DNA of 60,531 nt, taken from positions 1 through 60,531 of IMG/VR virus record IMGVR_UViG_3300040979_000011. One strand, 5' to 3'. Below, piece after piece: positions 1 to 8,583 of this stretch (the stretch's first letter is position 1; every line of letters begins with the position of its first letter). The position numbers and the translations under genes are program-made. Below the pieces are notes generated by a model that was given only the letters and a program-made list of their open reading frames with translations, made no database searches and was not told the origin of the DNA. This stretch comes from a virus (taxonomy: Duplodnaviria > Caudoviricetes).

Positions 1-61
1 CCAAAGAGCTTATGAATTTCGATTTTGAACTGCATTAACTCCTCATGGACATCCTCTGGTG

Positions 62-532
62 TCATTCGACACCTCCTTCCATCAGCTTGATGCATTCGGG
101 ACCAATTCCAAGGTCTATGCTTTCCGGTACCGTCAGCGTGCGACCACAGCGGCCGCAGCGTCCCTCGTGTCTGACCACGAGCTCAGCCGGTAGGGCTCGC
201 GAGCGCCAGAAATACAAGAAAGCCTTATAGGAAGGCGCATCCAAAAAACGGCCGCTAGCCTTGGTAAGAGCAAAATTGCCGTTACGGATCATGCCCAGAT
301 AGATCCACTCACCTTCATCAGCCGAGCCGCCAGTCAACACCTTGACAAAATAGGTCTCGTCGCTATTGGCGTAGCCCTTGGCGGCCGATTTCTCAGGGTT
401 TGGCTTGGTGACCTTGTAAGTAAAATGGGCCCCAGTCTTAAGCGACTGAAGCGTAATGATCGCATTGCCGGCCAGGGTGAATGCCCTGGCGTCTTCGATG
501 GTGGCGAATCGGTGTTCAGTGGTTGCTTCCAT
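62..532 (-). CDS. Phage protein with C-terminal DUF6011-like zinc-finger motif
   Basis: C-terminal CGRCGRTLTVPESIDLGIGPEC matches the DUF6011 pattern; conserved promoter motif directly upstream. Confidence 0.75.
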   Translation of the reverse strand: MEATTEHRFATIEDARAFTLAGNAIITLQSLKTGAHFTYKVTKPNPEKSAAKGYANSDETYFVKVLTGGSADEGEWIYLGMIRNGNFALTKASGRFLDAPSYKAFLYFWRSRALPAELVVRHEGRCGRCGRTLTVPESIDLGIGPECIKLMEGGVE

Positions 533-540
533 ATCACACA

Positions 541-586
541 GTATCGGCCATTCACTTGATAAATCAAGCGAATAATCAAAAGAAGT
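541..586 (-). promoter_or_regulatory. Conserved promoter/operator motif, copy 1
   Basis: ATCGGCCATTCACTTGATAAATCAAGCGAATAATCAAA lies 10 nt from the ATG of 62..532; near-identical motifs at about 1556 and 44527. Confidence 0.7.
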
Positions 587-715
587 GCTACTTCCAGAAA
601 TGAAGCAGGAGGATTGCGGCGAGCAGGCCGAGTACCGCGATCCGATAGGAAAGCGGGATTGTGAACTTGAATAGGTTTGTGCTATTTTTCATGTGGTATC
701 GTTCATCTATGGTCA

Positions 716-750
716 GGCGGGCCCGTTGTGCGGCGGGCCCGTCGCTTTTT
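716..750. terminator. GC-rich hairpin, probable intrinsic terminator
   Basis: ggcgggcccgttg/cggcgggcccgtc stem followed by a T-run, at the end of ORF 749..1012. Confidence 0.6.
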
Positions 751-1012
751 ATTCCTGGTCAAGGTTAAATTGTTTGACGACTTCAGGTTTGACGAACACT
801 CCGTCCTCTCTGAATTCCAGGAACGGATAGCAGCGATAAACTGTAGCCGCATTAGTCTTGATTGGCTGACGGAGGTGAATTGCGCGCAGGTAAGCAATCT
901 GTGCCTTGGTTGCCTGAAACCTCGAGGATTGCTGGTAGAATCGCTTCATGAGCATCAGGAGTCCCGGCGAGAGAAAATCAAATAAATCGGGACCATAACG
1001 CCAGCCACGCAT
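749..1012 (-). CDS. Hypothetical phage protein
   Basis: ORF ending at a terminator-like hairpin; start uncertain. Confidence 0.45.
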   Translation of the reverse strand: MRGWRYGPDLFDFLSPGLLMLMKRFYQQSSRFQATKAQIAYLRAIHLRQPIKTNAATVYRCYPFLEFREDGVFVKPEVVKQFNLDQE

Positions 1013-1109
1013 AAAGCCGTAACCAGATTGGGCGAGAGAATGGATAAAAGGATAAGGAGCAAGCTGAAAACGATCGCAGTCCGAGTGGGTTTTGGCTCTT
1101 GGTAAATGC

Positions 1110-1304
1110 TCATGATTTGGATAGGCTCACTTTCTTGCGAAGTTGGATGACTTCCTCGATGGCTTCTTCGTGTTGCTCAAGCAGGCTCTCGTAGCCAGCG
1201 GCTAGGGTGTAATAGGCGGTGGCGTAATCACGCTTGCTGGCGAAGCTTTTGGCCACGTCCAGCTGAAGCTGGAATTCGTCGATTGGGTCGTGGGTTTCGT
1301 CCAT
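1110..1304 (-). CDS. Hypothetical protein (start probably MDETHDP)
   Basis: ATG immediately after the stop of the upstream gene; helical acidic composition. Confidence 0.55.
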   Translation of the reverse strand: MDETHDPIDEFQLQLDVAKSFASKRDYATAYYTLAAGYESLLEQHEEAIEEVIQLRKKVSLSKS

Positions 1305-1306
1305 AA

Positions 1307-1546
1307 TTAGACAGCCTCTTTCAGCTCCCGGATGGTCTGGGCTTCCTTGTGGAAATAGGCATCTTCCAGCGCGAACGCGGCGGTTTCCAGAATCGGTTCG
1401 CCGCTCCATTGGAAAAACTTCGAGATCAGAAGGCCGAGGGCCTCGGCATCGGTGGCGGCGTAGCTTTTAATGAAGTACTGGTCTTTAACTGCCGCAATCA
1501 GAGGGCTAAACGCAGCGCGAACGCTTTCAACAGTGATTTTTTGCAT
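1307..1546 (-). CDS. Hypothetical protein (start probably MQKITVES)
   Basis: ATG at 1546 sits at the same distance from the conserved promoter motif as in the other two copies. Confidence 0.6.
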   Translation of the reverse strand: MQKITVESVRAAFSPLIAAVKDQYFIKSYAATDAEALGLLISKFFQWSGEPILETAAFALEDAYFHKEAQTIRELKEAV

Positions 1547-1552
1547 ACATTT

Positions 1553-1600
1553 AATATCGGCCATTTACTTTGATTAGTAAAGTAAATAATCAAACTATTT
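1553..1600 (-). promoter_or_regulatory. Conserved promoter/operator motif, copy 2
   Basis: ATCGGCCATTTACTTTGATTAGTAAAGTAAATAATCAAACTATTT, containing the TTTACTTT/AAAGTAAA dyad. Confidence 0.7.
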
Positions 1601-2039
1601 TGAGGGCTTGAGTAAGCAGGACATGTCATCGGGGAAAAAGCGGGACAATGTCATCAGGCCAAAAAGGGTCAAATTTACGTAAGTAGTTGAGCTATCAGCC
1701 GAAAACCCCAAATTGGGGTGTGCACACCGTTGCGCATTTTTAGGGGTCTGGCAGGGTCGCAATCCAGACGCAGAAAATGGCGGTAGCGATCAGTACTAAA
1801 ATGCAGAAAGCTTGCATCGCAGCGATCAGGCAGCTGATCGGCATCATCGCCGCTACCAACGGTTGGACCGCAGCTCGGACAATCACCTCTGGGCTTCGAG
1901 GATCAGTAGGGCGCTCGTTCTGGGGCACGCTCCAGTTTTGCCACGCGCGAGAACAGGAGTGCCAGCTCTTTTTCTAAGCGTTCGATCCGCAGCTCGAGGC
2001 CAGCCTGATAAAGCGCGCTATGATAGGCAAAGCGTTTGG

Positions 2040-2282
2040 TCAAACTATCCCGCTTTCTCCCAGAAATCGGCGCGGCAGTCTCGCCAGGGCCTCTCTGATC
2101 TGTTCGCGGTTTCGGGCGTTCTCCAGTTCTCGGATGACTTCCTCCACTAGCGCTTTGCTAGGATCATCCTCGAAACGATGGCAAGCCCCACAGTAGCGAT
2201 GCTGCGCGTCATTGGGATTGTGGCTTTTCCGGCCACAATGCGGGCAGCTGTAACTTTGTTCGCTACCGTGCTGGCTACTCAT
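2040..2282 (-). CDS. Small zinc-ribbon phage protein
   Basis: CPHC...SHNPND...YCGACH motif common in small phage proteins. Confidence 0.6.
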   Translation of the reverse strand: MSSQHGSEQSYSCPHCGRKSHNPNDAQHRYCGACHRFEDDPSKALVEEVIRELENARNREQIREALARLPRRFLGESGIV

Positions 2283-2460
2283 TTGGATTGGATATTCTCG
2301 GGAGCTTTGCCGGCAAATGCCCGAGCGCTTTGTCGCTTAAGCGCTCCATCAATAGGTCATAGGCTCGTGCGGTGTAATTGACATCCTCCGGGCAGGCGTG
2401 AGAGCCGGTCTTGACTGGACAGTCATCCAGGTGATTGGGTAATTCTACCAAATCTGGCAA
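2275..2460 (-). CDS. Hypothetical protein
   Basis: Short ORF overlapping the start of the next gene. Confidence 0.4.
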   Translation of the reverse strand: MPDLVELPNHLDDCPVKTGSHACPEDVNYTARAYDLLMERLSDKALGHLPAKLPRISNPNE

Positions 2461-2466
2461 TGTGGC

Positions 2467-3018
2467 ATGAGTGAAGAAAGAGAGATAGACGAGCTAGTTG
2501 ACTTTATCAAGGCGAGCTCTAAGCCTACTCATAAAGAGCTCAAGCGTCGCACAACTTTAGCTCCAGACGCGCCGGCGCCGCACCTAGAGGCCGTCATAGC
2601 CACTCAGGGCTTGGAGCCTACTACCAAGGCTCTGGAGGCCTGGAACGCGCGTCTAGCTGGGCATCCGATCATCGATATCGCTCATGATATGGGCGTCAGT
2701 ATTGAGCTCGCCAAAAAGCTCGTGAGCGAGGTGCACACCGCGATTTATGAAGACCTCAAAACCAACATGGACCTCAACCGTCAACTGGACCTGGGGCGGA
2801 TCGACTCGATCATTCGAGGACATCTTCCAAGTGCCCAGGCAGGGGATACTGACAGTGCAAATGTCGTCATCCGGGCATTATCACATCGAGCTCGTCTCAC
2901 CGGCTGCGAGCAGCCTAGCGATCCAGCCCGCGATGGTTCACCCCGGAATGTGATGATCTGGCTCACTAACCAGTTACCGTCGATCAATAAAATCGTCGAT
3001 GCTTTACCGCCAGAATGA
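2467..3018 (+). CDS. HTH protein, possible terminase small subunit
   Basis: HTH-like IIDIAHDMGVS, then RIDSIIRGHLPSAQAGDTDSANVVIRALSHRARLTG, resembling phage small-terminase-like proteins. Confidence 0.5.
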   Translation: MSEEREIDELVDFIKASSKPTHKELKRRTTLAPDAPAPHLEAVIATQGLEPTTKALEAWNARLAGHPIIDIAHDMGVSIELAKKLVSEVHTAIYEDLKTNMDLNRQLDLGRIDSIIRGHLPSAQAGDTDSANVVIRALSHRARLTGCEQPSDPARDGSPRNVMIWLTNQLPSINKIVDALPPE

Positions 3019-3725
3019 GCAACGATTTTGTTCCTTTCGATCCGAGCTTAGTGGATTTCATTCGCCGGATTTTATCAGTGGCTGAAACCGGTAAGCCCGA
3101 ATGGGATCCGAGCGCAGTTTATGTGTACGCCGATGACAATCGGTTTAAGCCGTCACGCAAACAGGTCACGCTCTCGATTGGATTTACTGAAGGCGGCAGC
3201 AATTTGAGAAAAGTGTTGCAACGCTATGTGGATAAAGGCGGCGCGTTGGCGGTGAGTTTCGCTGGTTATCTGCCAACCATCGGCAGCGGACCAACGCTAG
3301 CCAGTGATCAGAAATTTATTGGCCTGCTCAAAGAAGCCGGTAAAGAGCCAGCGATGGCGAACGCGCAAAAGGAATGTTTCGAAGAGTTCTATTTAGGACC
3401 AGCGTTCGCTTGGGCAAAGAAACACGGGTTCACCCAGCCGCTCTCATTCTTAGTGATTGCTGATTCTTATCTGCACTCAGGCTCGATGCTGGGCTTTTTG
3501 ATGGACAAATTCGCGGAGAAAAAACCGGTCGATGGTGGCGACGAGCAAGCGTGGATCAAAGCCTACTTGAACGCACGTAAAGCGTGGCTCGCGAATCATT
3601 CCAACAGCGTCTTGCGCGGCACAGTTTACCGCGCCAACTGTTATATCGCTGAAACCAATCGCGACAACTGGCTACTGGCGCAAGCGCCGGTTAACATGCA
3701 TGGCACCAATGTGAGTATGGCTTAA
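3015..3725 (+). CDS. GH46 chitosanase/lysozyme-fold protein, probable endolysin
   Basis: ILSVAETG...YADD...TLSIGFTE and IADSYLHSG motifs typical of GH46-like phage lysins. Confidence 0.7.
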   Translation: MSNDFVPFDPSLVDFIRRILSVAETGKPEWDPSAVYVYADDNRFKPSRKQVTLSIGFTEGGSNLRKVLQRYVDKGGALAVSFAGYLPTIGSGPTLASDQKFIGLLKEAGKEPAMANAQKECFEEFYLGPAFAWAKKHGFTQPLSFLVIADSYLHSGSMLGFLMDKFAEKKPVDGGDEQAWIKAYLNARKAWLANHSNSVLRGTVYRANCYIAETNRDNWLLAQAPVNMHGTNVSMA

Positions 3726-3852
3726 GATCGGAAGAGGTGCGGGACGGCTTTTGAGGGCCGAGTAGCCCGTTCCAGACCTGAACACACGTTGCCGTGCCTC
3801 AGCGGATACGCTACTGCTATCCCGCATAAGAGAAACAACAGAGTAACAAACC

Positions 3853-4035
3853 ATGGCACGCAAGGTTATTCAACTCGCAAGCGTTCCGAACGAAGCCGAT
3901 CAGACTGTCACCCTCTTCGGTCTAGCCGATGACGGCACCATGTGGTACAAGCTCAAAGCCACTAAAGACGTCCTGCATAACCCCAATCAGAGCGAAGCCG
4001 GCTGGCAACAAATCCCCAATATCCCCCAGACATGA
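3853..4035 (+). CDS. Small hypothetical phage protein
   Basis: RKVIQL...LFGLADDGTMW...WQQIPNIPQ pattern seen in small phage proteins. Confidence 0.6.
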   Translation: MARKVIQLASVPNEADQTVTLFGLADDGTMWYKLKATKDVLHNPNQSEAGWQQIPNIPQT

Positions 4036-4108
4036 AGCTTCTCTTTGTTAGCTGTTGGCCACTGGCTAGTCGACACTTTGGCCCTGGAGTGATACAACAA
4101 AAAGAGCC

Positions 4109-4378
4109 ATGAACCGCCGCAGCTTTTTTAGCCTCGCAGGGCTGGGCGCTCTCGCCGCCCTGTTCAAGCCCATGCCACGCCGCTCGATTCTGGATCTAGA
4201 GCCCCTGGATCTGGGCCAACTCAAGCCGCTCACGCCTCAAGAGAAACTCCAGGCCCAGATGATTAGCGACTTCGATGCCTGGGCCCAGAAGTATCAGCAC
4301 CTCATGCCCAGCAGCCAGAGCCACACGATCTATGACCCTGGCCACTACTGCGAGCGCCGACCGATCAGGTTGCTATGA
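4109..4378 (+). CDS. Protein with twin-arginine-like N-terminus
   Basis: MNRRSFFSLAGLGALAAL. Confidence 0.55.
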   Translation: MNRRSFFSLAGLGALAALFKPMPRRSILDLEPLDLGQLKPLTPQEKLQAQMISDFDAWAQKYQHLMPSSQSHTIYDPGHYCERRPIRLL

Positions 4379-4394
4379 TGATTCAGGCGACCAA

Positions 4395-4691
4395 ATGAGA
4401 CAAACAAAACTCATCGACAAACTCCAAGAGCTGCGCCAAGTCCACGGCGATATCCTAGCCCAGAGCCATGAGCGTTTGCGCACACTGGAAGAAGCGCACG
4501 CCAATTTCGTGAGTGGCATGTTGACCCGGATGAGCGCAGTCGAACAGTCTATGGATGAACTCATCAAGGGGATGCGCGCACTGCAGGCTGAGTTAGCGCC
4601 TTTGATCCATCCGGCTCAGAGCGCCCAGAGCTTCACAAATAACACGCAAAAAGCACTAAGCTATACTCGCCCAAAATCAAAATGGGATTAG
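4395..4691 (+). CDS. Coiled-coil hypothetical protein
   Basis: Heptad-rich ORF within a tight operon; start uncertain. Confidence 0.5.
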   Translation: MRQTKLIDKLQELRQVHGDILAQSHERLRTLEEAHANFVSGMLTRMSAVEQSMDELIKGMRALQAELAPLIHPAQSAQSFTNNTQKALSYTRPKSKWD

Positions 4692-4915
4692 GCACACGCT
4701 TCGAAGAATTGAGCTATGGCGAGCTACGGCTACTCAGTAGCTCCTTACAGGCTTATCGGACTTCTGTCCTGCTGGATGGAGCAAGCCCTCAACAGATCGC
4801 GACCGCGCTCCGGATCCTTGATCAATTAATAACCGATGTGGGCTTGGCTCGCCAGGAATTGATCATGGCTCAAAAGTACCCGCTCGAGCCAATCGACATA
4901 GAAATCCTCGACTAA
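4682..4915 (+). CDS. Hypothetical protein
   Basis: Coupled start/stop with neighbours. Confidence 0.5.
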   Translation: MGLGTRFEELSYGELRLLSSSLQAYRTSVLLDGASPQQIATALRILDQLITDVGLARQELIMAQKYPLEPIDIEILD

Positions 4916-5266
4916 ATGGAAGAGGATCCCCGAAACCACTCCAAAACCGCAGAGCAAAGAGATGAAGCTGCTGCCCATGACCAATCAGCGATCGTGCCAG
5001 AAGTTACTACGCTCGAGTTTGATAAAGACCAAAACGCCGATGGCGACTGGCTCGATTATGGCGACTTCAGAATGACCTTGGAGGAGTTTGTCACCTACCA
5101 GCAAAAAGCGCTTGCCAAGTTCGCTCGCTTCTGGGCTCAGTCCGGCCAGCCCCAGCTTCAGGAACCAGAACAGTGGCAGAATTTCCTAATCGACTACTGC
5201 GATCACCAACCCCAATATAATGTCGGCTCCTGGCCGCTGAATCCTGACCCTCCACTCGAGTATTGA
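4916..5266 (+). CDS. Acidic hypothetical protein
   Basis: Starts directly after the upstream stop. Confidence 0.55.
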   Translation: MEEDPRNHSKTAEQRDEAAAHDQSAIVPEVTTLEFDKDQNADGDWLDYGDFRMTLEEFVTYQQKALAKFARFWAQSGQPQLQEPEQWQNFLIDYCDHQPQYNVGSWPLNPDPPLEY

Positions 5267-5269
5267 ACA

Positions 5270-5650
5270 ATGAGCATCCTGCCCCAAGATGATGAACTGC
5301 ACAAACTCTTGACCACCACGAGCGAATACAAGGAGAGTGAGGATTTTGACTTAGCCCTTGAGATCTACGTAGACGTGATCATCGAAGAAAAGGAAGTAGC
5401 CCGGATGAGTCTAGATTATGTTCCTGATACCGATGGTGCCCGCTGCATGCGAATCCATTTCCATCCGCCTGAAGAAGGCGATGAGCCAGGAACTCTTGAT
5501 CAATGGACAGCCGAGTTGCGCGCCATCACCAGGATTATGGAAGTGGCTCGACCCATCCTGGAAGCAGTCGAAACCAAATTGCGCCACGCAGGCCGAGAGG
5601 CTTGGGAAAACCAATCTAACCCCAGCTCAGAGCTCTTTGGTTATAAGTAA
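5270..5650 (+). CDS. Acidic hypothetical protein
   Basis: Operonic spacing. Confidence 0.55.
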   Translation: MSILPQDDELHKLLTTTSEYKESEDFDLALEIYVDVIIEEKEVARMSLDYVPDTDGARCMRIHFHPPEEGDEPGTLDQWTAELRAITRIMEVARPILEAVETKLRHAGREAWENQSNPSSELFGYK

Positions 5651-5658
5651 AAGCTCCA

Positions 5659-5850
5659 ATGCGCACCCATTTCGATCTCCACTCCCAACCTTGGCTCCCA
5701 GCTTTCTTTCAACAGGTCGCTGACTCCTACTCAGAAGGCGACTTCATCAAGCTCCAAGCCCTAGCTAACCTCCAGGAAACCCTAGAGGAGAACTCAAACG
5801 CTCAAGCTTCTCTCCAGGCCAAATTCCGTTTACTCTGCCATACGCGATGA
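5659..5850 (+). CDS. Hypothetical protein
   Basis: ATGA overlap with the next gene. Confidence 0.5.
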   Translation: MRTHFDLHSQPWLPAFFQQVADSYSEGDFIKLQALANLQETLEENSNAQASLQAKFRLLCHTR

Positions 5851-6038
5851 AGAGCCACGGCCAACCCTCTCGCTATGTGAAGTGCGGTTGGTGTCGCCAA
5901 CCACTCAAAGCTCGTGCCTCCGAAATTAAACGCCGCCACGCCCTCTTCTGTACCCGCCGCTGCTATTTGCTCGCTTGGCGAGACTACCTTAAAACTTACG
6001 CGGAGAGGCGCGACGAAGAGCTGAAAACTGCTGCTTAA
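5847..6038 (+). CDS. Small zinc-finger protein
   Basis: CGWC...FCTRRC motif. Confidence 0.6.
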   Translation: MKSHGQPSRYVKCGWCRQPLKARASEIKRRHALFCTRRCYLLAWRDYLKTYAERRDEELKTAA

Positions 6039-6576
6039 CCGCTGTTGTTTGGGCGGGCCCTTGGTTTGCAGGCTGCGGAGCGCGGCTCGGGCGCGATGAC
6101 ATGACGCCACGCGCCATGATGTCATGTCAGTAAGGCTGAGGCGCTCCAACTGTATCAGAAGAGCTCTGGGAGCTGTATCAGAGGCCGCTCTCTCCCTGGG
6201 GCGCGATCGTCCTCCGGGGACGAGCTCGGCGTTAACGCTCGCCGGCCCTCCTCCCCTATAGCGCCGGGCCCTCCCCGCATTAAACGGCATTAGTCGGGGG
6301 GTATTGCCCGCTGCAAGAGGAGGTGGAAAGCATTGCGCCACCCCCTCAAGTGGTGGGCCTAGTTTTTCCAAAAGGGTGGTCAGAGACGCGGGTAATTTTC
6401 CAGGAGATCTGGCCTAAGAGATAACCTTCATCGATACGGTGGCGCAAGATATCGAGAGCGACCTCGCGAGCGGGCCAATGGTTGAGGTTGTCGGCATTGA
6501 TGGTGAACTCTACGGAGACAAAGAATTTAGGCATTACGGTATTGATGCATTACATCTTTTATGCAAAGCTGCAACT

Positions 6577-6921
6577 ATGAAAGCCATCACTGTGCGTTTA
6601 AGCGAAGATGAATATGAGAAGTTACGCTTTGAAGCGTATGAAGCGCGAGAGAGCGTAGGGAGGAGGGCGGGGGTGCTACTGGGGAAGGAGCTGATGAAGT
6701 TGGGCAAAGCGGAGGTGCGTCAGCGCACTGGTGAGGTCCTGAGGCACGCCGTCACTGATTCACCCAGTCAGGGCGTCAAAGATGCGTTGCCGAAGAAGGG
6801 AGTTGAAGTATCGTTAATGGAACCGGTGAATACGGTGGAAGAAGCGACGCGGAGGGCGGCGGAACTTAAACGGTTGCAGGCGGCGCGCAAAGACATGGAG
6901 AAGCGCTATGGGGCGAAATAA
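6577..6921 (+). CDS. Ribbon-helix-helix (CopG-like) DNA-binding protein
   Basis: N-terminus MKAITVRLSEDEYEKLRFEA. Confidence 0.55.
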   Translation: MKAITVRLSEDEYEKLRFEAYEARESVGRRAGVLLGKELMKLGKAEVRQRTGEVLRHAVTDSPSQGVKDALPKKGVEVSLMEPVNTVEEATRRAAELKRLQAARKDMEKRYGAK

Positions 6922-7498
6922 AATAGCCCAAGGGAGACAGAATCTGTCGACATTTCGAGCGACCCCGGAAGAGGCCCGTAAATTAGATCAATGCTTGGAA
7001 AAGCTAGGTATCGGCACCCGATCAAATTTTTTCCGATGTATCAGCAATCAGTTTATTGGGCAGGTGCAAGCCGGGGAATTGCCTTGGCCGCCAAGGTTTA
7101 AAGATCAGTCCAGTCGGAAAGAATCACCAAAGAAAAATGGGGGCTCAGGGTTCACTCTAACTCCGCCACCAACCCTGATGGCTAAAGCGGATGGGGAGCT
7201 ATATGCAGAAGTAGGTGCGTCGATTGGGGAGAAGCGAAGAGTTATAGGCAAAGAAGTCATTGAGAAACTGGGGAAAGTAATACTGCGGGATCGAATCAGT
7301 ATGAGCGAGCTAGCGGCGGCGAGCGGGGTCCAACTACCGACATTGCGCAATTGGTTTGCTGGTAAGCACGTGCCGACCACTAAGAAGCTGCAGCCCCTCT
7401 GTGATTATCTATCAGAAAGATGGACTGAGGCGGATGAAGTGGAATTGGAGCACTACAGGAGACTGATCTTCGGCCAGGAAAGAGGAGCGAAGCTTTGA
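6908..7498 (+). CDS. Transcriptional regulator with RHH-like N-terminus and XRE-type HTH
   Basis: STFRATPEEARKLD...RSNFFR and ISMSELAAASGVQLPTLRNWFAGKHVP. Confidence 0.65.
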   Translation: MGRNKIAQGRQNLSTFRATPEEARKLDQCLEKLGIGTRSNFFRCISNQFIGQVQAGELPWPPRFKDQSSRKESPKKNGGSGFTLTPPPTLMAKADGELYAEVGASIGEKRRVIGKEVIEKLGKVILRDRISMSELAAASGVQLPTLRNWFAGKHVPTTKKLQPLCDYLSERWTEADEVELEHYRRLIFGQERGAKL

Positions 7499-7749
7499 GA
7501 AAGAAAGTGCCCGAACGCAAATTCCAAGGGATACCGGTCAGGGAGGCGCGAGCGGCCATGCACGTTCAGCCCAACAAACGCGACACCGCCGAGCAAATTC
7601 ATGTCAACCGAGATTAGCCCTAGGGCTCGAAAGTCGCCGCGAGGGACGGCACTGCGCGTTGGCCCGGTTGACGAACCGGGGGCTTGGTAGCAACTCCGCG
7701 CGCTCCAGGGCCTGCTCGCCGTGGCAGGCCCATCCCTCCGCTTACTTTT

Positions 7750-8580
7750 ATGAAATCCTCTAAAGAGCTGGTAAAACTCCCTAAAGAGTTGGTGAAAGAG
7801 ACTCAGAGCGTCCTGATCGATAAGCTGATGCAGGACTACGAGCTGAAGAAAGAGCATGTGGCCGAAGCGGTCGAGTTGTACTACGACGCGCAGAAATTGC
7901 GGATAATGCACGCCAATAAACTGCGCAGCGAAGGGCAGAGCGAGTTGACGACTTGGTTCGCGAAGTGGCTGGAGTACGGCGAGAAACTCTTGTACAAAAA
8001 ACTCGAAGGCTGGGTCAACGGCCCGGAAGCGCCCGCGGAGACCAAGTGGGCAATTGAACAGTACGGCATCGGGCCGATCATTGCTGCGGGGCTCGCCGCG
8101 CACATCGACGTGACACGCGCCCGGACGGTCAGCGCGCTCTGGCGGTTTGCCGGTCAGGATCCGACTGCGGATAAGAAGGTCAAAGGCCAGAAGCTGCAGT
8201 ACAACGCGCGGCTGAAAACCCTCTGCAGCTATAAGCTAGCGGAGAGTTTCGTCAAGGTCAGCGCTAAAGAGGGCGCTCGCTATGGGATTTTGTACGCGGA
8301 GTTCAAACGCGAGGAGCTCGAGCGCAACGAAAGCGGCCGCTACGCTCTAGCGGCCAAACGGGAGCTAGCGGCCAAGAACTTTAAGAAACCCGAAATTAAA
8401 AAGCTCTTGGAAAGCGGAAAGTTGCCCGATGGGCATTTGCACTCACGGGCCAAACGTCGAGCGGTAAAGATCTTCTTACAACATTACTGGCTCAAAGCGC
8501 GTGAGGCGCGTGGGCTGGAAATCAACGAGCCCTATGCGATGGCGATCCTAAAGCATTCGGGCCAGATCAAAGCGGCTTGA
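7750..8580 (+). CDS. tasA: Nop/IS110-C-terminal-domain RNA-binding protein with no evident nuclease domain, TasA-like (TIGR-associated)
   Basis: Coiled coil (AVELYYDAQKLRIMHANKL), then GIGPIIAAGLAAHID...SALWRFAG...YNARLK and HSRAKRRAVKIFL; no DEDD RuvC or HNH; directly followed by a dual-repeat array. Confidence 0.8.
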   Translation: MKSSKELVKLPKELVKETQSVLIDKLMQDYELKKEHVAEAVELYYDAQKLRIMHANKLRSEGQSELTTWFAKWLEYGEKLLYKKLEGWVNGPEAPAETKWAIEQYGIGPIIAAGLAAHIDVTRARTVSALWRFAGQDPTADKKVKGQKLQYNARLKTLCSYKLAESFVKVSAKEGARYGILYAEFKREELERNESGRYALAAKRELAAKNFKKPEIKKLLESGKLPDGHLHSRAKRRAVKIFLQHYWLKAREARGLEINEPYAMAILKHSGQIKAA

Positions 8581-8583
8581 AGC

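Noticed and set aside
1621-1666. Direct repeat ATGTCATC...AAAAAG
   Set aside because: Two short copies only; may be a binding site related to the 6095-6129 motif but too weak to call
7684-8580. IS110 transposase / insertion sequence
   Set aside because: Lacks the N-terminal DEDD domain and an obvious catalytic SG motif; the adjacent array fits a Tas-type protein better
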